Shown: positions 12,211 to 21,642 of the stretch, piece by piece
Layout: every line of letters begins with the position of its first letter
How positions within the stretch are numbered: the first letter of the stretch is position 1
Origin: Azolla caroliniana
Lineage: Eukaryota > Plantae > Polypodiophyta
Reading direction: 5' to 3'
Assembly: GCA_043228905.1 (NCBI GenBank)
Contig: JBHGNT010000003.1
Span: 3,906,001 to 3,970,000 of the forward strand
Length of the DNA stretch: 64,000 nucleotides
Notes under the pieces: generated by a model
Seen by the model: the letters and a program-made list of their open reading frames with translations, nothing else
Databases searched by the model: none
What the model was told of the DNA's origin: nothing
Translations under genes and position numbers: made by a program

Positions 12211-14520
12211 TCAGAAGGGTCGTCGTTCTTCATAGTGTTTCTTGCATAACCACGCAACTTGAGTACCATTGTCTATTAAGGCATGCCTAAGACAGAACTT
12301 CTCGGCTATGTTTTGGTTTGTCACACCTCCATTCTCTTCTAATATGAATGCCAAGCATGTTTTCCATTCTTTGAAATACTCTGATGTACTTGGACATACA
12401 TGAAAGGCTTTTGATGAGATAGATCTATCAAATTTGGATTGAATAATACTTGAGATCATAGGGTCCTCTTTCGCTAGTTTGAGGTGGGGACTCCAATAAG
12501 GTATGCAAGACCTTGTGACTGGCGCCACGGAGTTAATACCGAGTCTAATAGCTAAAGTCAAAATAGAAAAGAAAAATTTAATATATGGAAGAACTTTTTG
12601 TAAACTCTCTAAACGAGACTTTGACCAAGACATGAGGGTGATTCCTTGTTGGTTTTCCACTGGGTGTGGTAATGTTGGATGCTCACAATACAAATGGATT
12701 TGCATGGGTAATGCTCCAAGCAATGAGGTTACCAAACTTGCCACATTCTTGTCATGACCATTAGTTGTAATGATGGCAACACGTGGGAGTTGCATATCAG
12801 TCTTGTTCTCCATAGCCAACTTTAATAGCTTACAAATAGATTTCTCAACCTTGATCATGACATCTTTTCTCAAAAATTGAATTTCACGATGTATTGCATC
12901 CATCTTCTCTAAGAGCTCTTTATGATTGGCATCTATTACATGATATAAACTTGAGATTGCCTTTGCCATGACCTTGATAGATCACACCTCAACATTAGTT
13001 GCCGCCTCCAATGTTTGATCTTCTAGATGTTGCAACAAGCTATTTTCCAAGCTTTTAGTGGTCATATTTCATTGGTATTGTCGTTCCATAGTTACATTGA
13101 CTTCATCATTCTCAAAGCACAATAATGGATTTTTTGCCTCTTGCTCGAGCCATACTTTACATGATGTGAGAACTTCCTCATAATTCTCGAAACCGAGAAG
13201 ATCAATGAAATCATTTTTCATATAGCCATACATTTGCTTACGAGTCCGTTTCCAATCATAAGATTCTCGCTCGCCTCGTTCAAGTTTATGTCTGAGTTGT
13301 TCCTTCAAATAAGTTATTTCCACACATTGATCTTCTCTATCTTGCGTGCTTGATGGATCATGTAAGCAGTCGGGCCGGATGAAGCTCTCAATTAGTTTAA
13401 CCCCTTGGCTTCCAGTAGGTTGTGCACATATTGTAATCAAGGTGTTAATAATATGTTTTTCCACATAAGCTAAGGTCGTTGGTGTATGACGTTGTTGGCT
13501 ATTAGTTGGATGATCAACCTGAATGAGCACATCTATCACATGCTCCGATTTTACTTTGCAGAACACAATGATGATCTCCCTATCAGGAAAACAAATGTAT
13601 ATGAAATCTTTGCCCAATGTGATCTCAGAATTATTGTCTTCAACTAATTTGAAGGCATCGCTAAATAACACTTGAATCCTCGGAAACAATTCTGGTGTAA
13701 GAAAGGTTAAGTTTTGATCTTCACATTGTAGCCTTTTACCCATGTGTTGAAAAATATCATTGTAATCATCATCCACATTATCTGTGCACGTTGATGATAT
13801 CCATTGGAGTTGCTCTATACCCGATTCATCTGTCAATAAGGTTGGGATAAAGATACGATCCACGCTGCTATTGGAGATACCATGATTAGTGGCAACTTTG
13901 CAACATAGGTGCATTGCTTGCATCAAGTCTACTAGAAATGAGCCCTTACCTTTAGATCCAGTAATCGATTCCAAGCGCCTCTCTATGAAATCTCGAGAGG
14001 GGAATCCACTATAAAAAACAATGGTATCCTTTGATGCTTTAGGCTTTGAGAAACCAATGAGGCTTCCCATTATCTCCTTGCAAAACCAATTGGGATCAAG
14101 AACAATGTGATCAACTCTGTTTATGTATATAATGTTACCGCACTCATTCAAGGATAGGGTAATAGCCTTCAATTTAGCTTCACTGTATAAATGGAATGGA
14201 TAGCATATCTCTTTCAACTTGTTCCATGTAATAATTCGTTCATTTCTGTTTTTCAAATGATTGGAGAGATGTTCACCTACTTGTGTGCAAATACTGTACA
14301 ACTGAACACCTTGGAGCATGTCTTTAGCAATGTCGAAGATACACCCTACCACAAATTTGACAGAATCCTGCTTTCTTGCATCCACATCGAACACAGGATT
14401 GACAATGTCAATGACCCCTTTAAATTCTGATCGAAGGGAATCAATGGAACGTGAGAGGGAGCTGGACACAAACTCCATTTGATCTGCTCGTGTGAACAAC
14501 ACGATCACTCTGAGAGCGAC
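12211..14520 (-). pseudogene. TRN1-like ROCO paralog B, 5'-truncated (late ROC, COR and C-terminus)
   Basis: ORFs 13069-14508 and 12211-12969 are in one frame, separated by two TGA stops. They are collinear with copies A and D from VALRVIVLFTRADQ to QVAWLCKKH. The LRR region and P-loop are absent. Confidence 0.9.
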
Positions 14521-14582
14521 ACTAAATAGTTGGAGCTGGTTAGCTTAAAAATACCACCGAATGAATCTTTCATTTTCCTTAA

Positions 14583-15110
14583 ATGCTGTGATACTAGATT
14601 GATACGCGAAATGGGAACTTGGCCACAATGAAGTCAAATGCGGAATAGGGAACACATGTAAAAATAGAGAGAAACAGAAATGGAAGTGGACAACCTATTA
14701 CGTGGAAAACCCCAAAATGGGTAAAAACCATGGGAGTCCACAGGCACCAAACAAATCACTATGAGAGAAATATATACAACGAACGAACGAACGAACGAAC
14801 TCACAGGCATTGACCTGAGCTCGTAAAGTTCACCGACAGGCGATTACAATAGGGAAGCTCTCGCTACCTCTTTCTCTTTCTCTCTTTCTCTCTCTCTCTG
14901 GCTATGGCAGCTCTGCTATAGACGCAACAACCTCGCACAAGCTGTACACAGTTGCAGAGACACCTCAAACACAGCGATCAACAAGAAAACTACGACTGCT
15001 CTCTATTCGCTCTCATGTAAGGTTTGCCGTAGTTATCTCTTTACTTAGATAACTTTCGGGCCATTTACATAACTAGCCTAAGTAGGCTTGACTCAAGAAA
15101 ACTATTTACA
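14583..15110 (-). mobile_element. Degenerate Copia-type LTR remnant truncating paralog B
   Basis: Decayed PBS-like GCTGTGATACTA followed by TACGTGGAAAACCC...AAAAACCA..CACTATG motifs typical of reversed Copia LTRs, and CT microsatellites. Boundaries are approximate. Confidence 0.4.
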
Positions 15111-15171
15111 TCTTCCTTTGTCCTAAATTTGGCCCATGCGAAAGGGACCTAATTCTTAGACGACTTCTAGA

Positions 15172-15443
15172 GAGTCAACGTCAATGCATTCTAATGGGCA
15201 AAAATGATGAACCCATATAAAACCTTCTTAGGGATGTTTTCACTATTGAAGAATTTAGAGATACGTCCATAGAATCTAATTCGAGGGTCAACGTCAATGC
15301 ATTCTACAAAGTGAAAATGATGAACCCATATAAAAACTTATTAGGGATGTTTTTCACTATTTAAGAATTTAGAGTTACATCCATAGAATCTAATGAAAGG
15401 GTCAAAGTCAATGCATTCTACAAAGTAAAAATGATGAACCGAT
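15172..15443. repeat. ~114-bp tandem repeat, about 2.4 units
   Basis: GTCAACGTCAATGCATTCTA recurs at 15174, 15287 and 15401. The same unit occurs at 38928-39168. Confidence 0.9.
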
Positions 15444-15467
15444 AGGGTTTAGGGTTTAGGGTTTAGG
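15443..15467 (+). repeat. Short interstitial plant telomere-type repeat (TTTAGGG)x~3.5
   Basis: TAGGGTTTAGGGTTTAGGGTTTAGG. Confidence 0.85.
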
Positions 15468-15489
15468 CGACCTACAAAGTAAAGAGGTC

Positions 15490-16090
15490 GTTCGAGGAGT
15501 AGGTCGCCATTCACGCTCCAGTGTTTGTCATAAGCGTGGTTTGTGGGCCATCAAAGCGAAGAACGGTGGATCCTTCCCTTCCCACCATAAGCAAGCTTCT
15601 GAAACTCTCGTATCTGAGAGACCTCCCAAGTTCTACCTTGCCGATGATGTTCCTAAACACCTTCGAAATAAACGTGTCCTCAAACCTACTAAGCTCAGGT
15701 CAAGCATCACCCTAGGCACTGTCTTGAATCTGCTTGCTGGACATTTTAAGGGGAAGAGGGTTGTTTTCCTTATGCAGTTGGAATCTGGTTTGCTTTTGGT
15801 TACAAGTCCATTCAAGCTAAATGGTGTACCTCTACGTCGAGTAAGTCAATCATATGTAATAGCAACCACTACAAAGCTTGATGTAAGCAAAGTAGATATG
15901 GGTAAAATTACAGACAACTACTTCGAAAAGGAAGTTTAGAAGAAGAAGAAGAAAAGTGAGAGCGAGTTCTTTGAGGCTGAGAAGGAGGAAAAAGAATCAG
16001 AATCTCAACGAGAAGGATCAGAAGAAGAAGACGGAGGATGTAAGCAGAAGATGGATCCATGGATGGAAAGACAAAGCTTTAATGCAGGTT
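15490..16090 (+). pseudogene. RPL6: Intronless 60S ribosomal protein eL6 pseudogene fragment
   Basis: [24 protein letters not shown]...[55 protein letters not shown]. There is no start codon, a premature TAG at 15937-15939 and a later frameshift. Confidence 0.92.
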
Positions 16091-17487
16091 ATGGGGCCCT
16101 CTTCATCATCATTATCATCCACACCATCACCATCTCCATCTAAGATCTCATCGGATACTTCTCTTAGGATGGGCCTCTCACAACATCTCAAAATCTTTGG
16201 ATGTTGACGTTGCTTCTTCTTGCGTTGATCCTTCGATTGACCTGAGGGTTTCTGATCCATTCCTACAGGTCATTATAAGGAGTGTAGTAGAGAGGCGACT
16301 GAGCTACAAGAACGTTCTACATTTTCTCACCACTTATTAAGTTAACATAGATTGTCTCTCTGAGTATCGCAACTCTCTTCAATGCTCCAGTAGCAAAAGA
16401 TGATTCTACCAGGGCTTGTGTTTTGTATGTAACTTCTCTAGAATTGTGTGGCCTACTTGTAACAACTATGGCACTACAACTAGTAAAGATGATGAATGGT
16501 GATTCCAACAAAATCAAAGAGATCAGCGCCACCGCCTCCATTGTTGTCATGATATGGCAAGACTCGAACCCATGACCTTATGCTACATAGGTCGAGCTCT
16601 TACCATTAGAATATGAATTGTAATTTGTAGAATATTATTTTCATTTATACTTTATCATAGAAAATTGATGTATATTCCAGATCTCTCTGGAACATTCTAG
16701 AAGCTTCAAGATTATTCCTAAAAACACTATAAAAGGAGGCACAAGGCATTGTTTTGAACCAAATTGGTTCAACGCCAGTCTTAAGCCTCTTAGCCACTTT
16801 GTACTTATCTTTTCACATAATATATTAGCTGTTGTCATCATCTTTCTCTCTCTCTCTCTCATTCTCGCTATCTCTCTCTCTCCTCTTCTCACTTCCTCTC
16901 TCGGGAATCTTACGTAGTCTGTTGTCTGCCTGGCCGGACTAGCCTCAACACAGGTGTCTATCTAACACTTCTCCAAAGGGGTGGTAAGGATTGGATGCTA
17001 GGTTACACGCGTAAGATGATTACAATTAAGCACAGACGGTAAACAATACGAGATACAGATAAACACGCAATAATTACTATTGTATTACTTCCGTCAAACC
17101 CTTTACAAATCATCGGATCCTTTTATAAGCATCCGACAAGGTTACAATCGGTGCGCTTAGGCAACCGACATCCGAATCGGTCCGGATCCGGATCGGTACA
17201 ACTGTACCGGATCCGTCCCTCCGAATAATAATTCTACTATTATTTACTTCCTATTATCCGATTCGACTCCGCCTTCCCACTTGTCCTTGCTCTTCTGACC
17301 GGCCAACACATGGCACGGCCGTGGGAAAGTGCCTTGCACTTCGAATCCACTCCCGGCCTCATTCTTCCTCCAAAATATCGAGCACACTCTGCTCGATGGT
17401 GTCAAGTGGTGCTTCTTCCTCCTGTTCCTGTTCCTTGCCTGCCTGGTCTCCGACCTCCGGTTGGGTGGGCTGTTCCGTAAAAATTTG

Positions 17488-18897
17488 CTACTCCGGCTCT
17501 GCTTGATTCCGTGGTGCTGGTGCTTCCTCACCGCTTCGTCCGGGTTCTTCCTGTTCTCCCTCTGTTCCAGGCTCTGTTCTATTACCAGTGTCGCTTTCTC
17601 CGGTCTCGACTGGTTGGCTCAGTACGCCTTCTTCCTCTGCTCTGGTGTCTTCCGGTCTCAGCTCTTCTTCTTCTCCGGCATCGGGCTGCTCCTGCTCTTC
17701 TTCTTCTCCTTCGATCGGAAGTTCTTCTTCGGGTATTCCTTGTCGGGGTTGTTCGGTGTCGGTTGGTTCATCTTCAGCCGGTCGCTCTCCCTCACTTATC
17801 GTGATTGGCGTCGTTCTTCCCTTAGCTTCCTGTCGTAACCGGTCCTGCTCGTATCTCTCCAACTCCAACTGAGTTGCGAGCTGCCCGTCATCCAACCTCT
17901 CTACCAACCCTCGGATTTCTTTGAGGTGTTCTTCTGCTAAAGTGTAGAAATCCTCCGACAATTCTTCCCGAATGGCGACGATACTTTCTTCATCCATCTT
18001 GTAGAACTTGTCACCGGTCTTCCTCCGATTCTCGGCATCCGCTCGGAGTGTCTGCAGCTCGGCTGCCTGTTGTGACCACTCCTTCGATAGCTTTTCCGTA
18101 CTTTCGTTGATGCTTGCCTGAGCTCGGGTACTCCATCCTGACATGATGAGCTTGATCCGGTCAACCCCTGCCTTAGCATGCGCATAAGCTTCCTGCTTTT
18201 CCTTCCTTGCCCGTTTTATAATGTCGGCCATTATCTGAGCCTGGGCCTCGTAATCCGCTTTCTGCTTTTCATAGGTACTTTGCAGTTTGCTGATCGTGAA
18301 GGTCGATTTTTCCTTTTCTTCATTCCTAATCTTGGTCAGATCCAGCTTTTCCCGCCTTAGCGCCTCTAATTCCTTCCTTCTCTCCGTCGCTTGGGCTATT
18401 TCCGCCGACAATACTTCCTTGTTGGCACTGACCTCATCCATTGCCTTAGCCAGGTCTAATCGGGTCTCTTTGAGCTGTTCTTTCAGCTTCTCTATTTGCC
18501 GGTCGTAGTCTGCTGCCCGTTTCTTGTTGTCCGACTCGGCCTGCTTGTGATCTCGGTAGAGATGGTCGAAGTCCTCCGTCTTCTGCTTCAGGCGTCGGTT
18601 TGCCTGAGCTCTTAACCGATCGTCCCGGTCCTTTTGTTGTCGGAGTTCTTCCTGCAGTCGTTCTATCTCCTGCTCGGCATGTCGACGTAGTCGGTCCTTC
18701 TCCTTTTGCAGCTTCTCTTTTTCTTCTTGCAGTCGGTCATTAGCGGCTCGACCTTTCCGGAGGCCTTCTTCCATTTTTCGTCTGTCGTCCTCCACCGCTT
18801 TCCGCTGCTCCCTTTCTCTTTCCCTTAATGCCTCCTGAGCTTTTAACTCCTCTTGTAAGGTTTCTATTATTTTTTCGGTCTCAGGGCCGGTTTGCAA
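17488..18897 (-). CDS. Long coiled-coil protein with acidic disordered tail, encoded by the nested LTR element (copy 1)
   Basis: Frame open from 18999 to 17488 (503 codons). The first ATG is at 18774 (428 aa); the listed start is TTG. The sequence is E/K/R/Q-rich with heptad character. Confidence 0.7.
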   Translation of the reverse strand: MQTGPETEKIIETLQEELKAQEALREREREQRKAVEDDRRKMEEGLRKGRAANDRLQEEKEKLQKEKDRLRRHAEQEIERLQEELRQQKDRDDRLRAQANRRLKQKTEDFDHLYRDHKQAESDNKKRAADYDRQIEKLKEQLKETRLDLAKAMDEVSANKEVLSAEIAQATERRKELEALRREKLDLTKIRNEEKEKSTFTISKLQSTYEKQKADYEAQAQIMADIIKRARKEKQEAYAHAKAGVDRIKLIMSGWSTRAQASINESTEKLSKEWSQQAAELQTLRADAENRRKTGDKFYKMDEESIVAIREELSEDFYTLAEEHLKEIRGLVERLDDGQLATQLELERYEQDRLRQEAKGRTTPITISEGERPAEDEPTDTEQPRQGIPEEELPIEGEEEEQEQPDAGEEEELRPEDTRAEEEGVLSQPVETGESDTGNRTEPGTEGEQEEPGRSGEEAPAPRNQAEPE

Positions 18898-19579
18898 GGC
18901 TACCGGTTCTGGTTCTGGTTCTGGTTGTTTCCTTGTTGTCCCGACCGGCTCGGTGACAACTTGTGCTTGTTGAATTCCTTCCCTTGCCTGCAGTCGTGGT
19001 CACCAAAATAGTGTTGTCTGCCTGGCCGGACTAGCCTCAACATAGGTGTCTATCCGACAGTTCTCCAAAGGGGTGGTAAGGATTGGATGCTAGGTTACAC
19101 GCGTAAGATGATTACAATTAAGCACAGACGGTAAACAATACGAGATACAGATAAACACGCAATAATTACTATTGTATTACTTCCGTCAAACCCTTTACAA
19201 ATCATCGGATCCTTTTATAAGCATCCGACAAGGTTACAATCGGTGCGCTTAGGCAACCGACATCCGAATCGGTCCGGATCCGGATCGGTACAACTGTACC
19301 GGATCCGTCCCTCCGAATAATAATTCTACTATTATTTACTTCCTATTATCCGATTCGACTCCGCCTTCCCACTTGTCCTTGCTCTTCTGACCGGCCAACA
19401 CATGGCACGGCCGTGGGAAAGTGCCTTGCACTTCGAATCCACTCCCGGCCTCATTCTTCCTCCAAAATATCGAGCACACTCTGCTCGATGGTGTCAAGTG
19501 GTGCTTCTTCCTCCTGTTCCTGTTCCTTGCCTGCCTGGTCTCCGACCTCCGGTTGGGTGGGCTGTTCCGTAAAAATTTG

Positions 19580-20989
19580 CTACTCCGGCTCTGCTTGATT
19601 CCGTGGTGCTGGTGCTTCCTCACCGCTTCGTCCGGGTTCTTCCTGTTCTCCCTCTGTTCCAGGCTCTGTTCTATTACCAGTGTCGCTTTCTCCGGTCTCG
19701 ACTGGTTGGCTCAGTACGCCTTCTTCCTCTGCTCTGGTGTCTTCCGGTCTCAGCTCTTCTTCTTCTCCGGCATCGGGCTGCTCCTGCTCTTCTTCTTCTC
19801 CTTCGATCGGAAGTTCTTCTTCGGGTATTCCTTGTCGGGGTTGTTCGGTGTCGGTTGGTTCATCTTCAGCCGGTCGCTCTCCCTCACTTATCGTGATTGG
19901 CGTCGTTCTTCCCTTAGCTTCCTGTCGTAACCGGTCCTGCTCGTATCTCTCCAACTCCAACTGAGTTGCGAGCTGCCCGTCATCCAACCTCTCTACCAAC
20001 CCTCGGATTTCTTTGAGGTGTTCTTCTGCTAAAGTGTAGAAATCCTCCGACAATTCTTCCCGAATGGCGACGATACTTTCTTCATCCATCTTGTAGAACT
20101 TGTCACCGGTCTTCCTCCGATTCTCGGCATCCGCTCGGAGTGTCTGCAGCTCGGCTGCCTGTTGTGACCACTCCTTCGATAGCTTTTCCGTACTTTCGTT
20201 GATGCTTGCCTGAGCTCGGGTACTCCATCCTGACATGATGAGCTTGATCCGGTCAACCCCTGCCTTAGCATGCGCATAAGCTTCCTGCTTTTCCTTCCTT
20301 GCCCGTTTTATAATGTCGGCCATTATCTGAGCCTGGGCCTCGTAATCCGCTTTCTGCTTTTCATAGGTACTTTGCAGTTTGCTGATCGTGAAGGTCGATT
20401 TTTCCTTTTCTTCATTCCTAATCTTGGTCAGATCCAGCTTTTCCCGCCTTAGCGCCTCTAATTCCTTCCTTCTCTCCGTCGCTTGGGCTATTTCCGCCGA
20501 CAATACTTCCTTGTTGGCACTGACCTCATCCATTGCCTTAGCCAGGTCTAATCGGGTCTCTTTGAGCTGTTCTTTCAGCTTCTCTATTTGCCGGTCGTAG
20601 TCTGCTGCCCGTTTCTTGTTGTCCGACTCGGCCTGCTTGTGATCTCGGTAGAGATGGTCGAAGTCCTCCGTCTTCTGCTTCAGGCGTCGGTTTGCCTGAG
20701 CTCTTAACCGATCGTCCCGGTCCTTTTGTTGTCGGAGTTCTTCCTGCAGTCGTTCTATCTCCTGCTCGGCATGTCGACGTAGTCGGTCCTTCTCCTTTTG
20801 CAGCTTCTCTTTTTCTTCTTGCAGTCGGTCATTAGCGGCTCGACCTTTCCGGAGGCCTTCTTCCATTTTTCGTCTGTCGTCCTCCACCGCTTTCCGCTGC
20901 TCCCTTTCTCTTTCCCTTAATGCCTCCTGAGCTTTTAACTCCTCTTGTAAGGTTTCTATTATTTTTTCGGTCTCAGGGCCGGTTTGCAA
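19580..20989 (-). CDS. Long coiled-coil protein (copy 2, same translation as copy 1)
   Basis: Same translation as 17488-18897, offset by 2092 bp. Confidence 0.7.
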   Translation of the reverse strand: MQTGPETEKIIETLQEELKAQEALREREREQRKAVEDDRRKMEEGLRKGRAANDRLQEEKEKLQKEKDRLRRHAEQEIERLQEELRQQKDRDDRLRAQANRRLKQKTEDFDHLYRDHKQAESDNKKRAADYDRQIEKLKEQLKETRLDLAKAMDEVSANKEVLSAEIAQATERRKELEALRREKLDLTKIRNEEKEKSTFTISKLQSTYEKQKADYEAQAQIMADIIKRARKEKQEAYAHAKAGVDRIKLIMSGWSTRAQASINESTEKLSKEWSQQAAELQTLRADAENRRKTGDKFYKMDEESIVAIREELSEDFYTLAEEHLKEIRGLVERLDDGQLATQLELERYEQDRLRQEAKGRTTPITISEGERPAEDEPTDTEQPRQGIPEEELPIEGEEEEQEQPDAGEEEELRPEDTRAEEEGVLSQPVETGESDTGNRTEPGTEGEQEEPGRSGEEAPAPRNQAEPE

Positions 20990-21642
20990 GGCTACCGGTT
21001 CTGGTTCTGGTTCTGGTTGTTTCCTTGTTGTCCCGACCGGCTCGGTGACAACTTGTGCTTGTTGAATTCCTTCCCTTGCCTGCAGTCGTGGTCACCAAAA
21101 TAGTGTTGTCTGCCTGGCCGGACTAGCCTCAACATAGGTGTCTATCCGACAGTTCTCCAAAGGGGTGGTAAGGATTGGATGCTAGGTTACACGCGTAAGA
21201 TGATTACAATTAAGCACAGACGGTAAACAATACGAGATACAGATAAACACGCAATAATTACTATTGTATTACTTCCGTCAAACCCTTTACAAATCATCGG
21301 ATCCTTTTATAGGCATCCGGCAAGGTTACAATCGGTGCGCTTAGGCAACCGACATCCGAATCGGTCCGGATCCGGATCGGTACAACTGTACCGGATCCGT
21401 CCCTCCGAATAATAATTCTACTATTATTTACTTCCTATTATCCGATCCGACTCCGCCTTCCCACTTGTCCTTGCTCTTCTGACCGGCCAACACAGTCCCG
21501 TCCGCTTAGTACTAATAGTACTGCTCTTCTTTAGTACTAATTCCATCTCTACTTTAGTACTATTCCTGACAGTTTGAACCAAATTTTCCTCCTCCAGCCT
21601 ACTTGTCACTCTCCCTCATCCTCCTACCCTTTTCCCTATACT

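Larger units (their letters stand above)
16920..21492. mobile_element. Non-autonomous LTR element in tandem LTR-internal-LTR-internal-LTR form, nested in a chromovirus LTR
   Basis: Three 389-bp TG...CA LTRs (16920-17308, 19012-19400, 21104-21492) with a 2092-bp period. TSD CAGTC (left copy TAGTC; the intact host LTR reads CAGTC once). No gag or pol motifs. Confidence 0.92.

Noticed and set aside
12970-13071. Stop-codon read-through or RNA editing rescuing paralog B
   Set aside because: At least one TGA aligns with an Arg (CGA) codon in copy A, consistent with ordinary deamination, and the gene lacks its 5' half.
15172-15443. CRISPR-like array
   Set aside because: Contiguous tandem units with no unique spacers, in a eukaryotic context.
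17329-17872. Plus-strand Phe/Leu/Ser-rich ORFs in the nested element
   Set aside because: Antisense shadows of the E/K-rich coiled-coil ORF.
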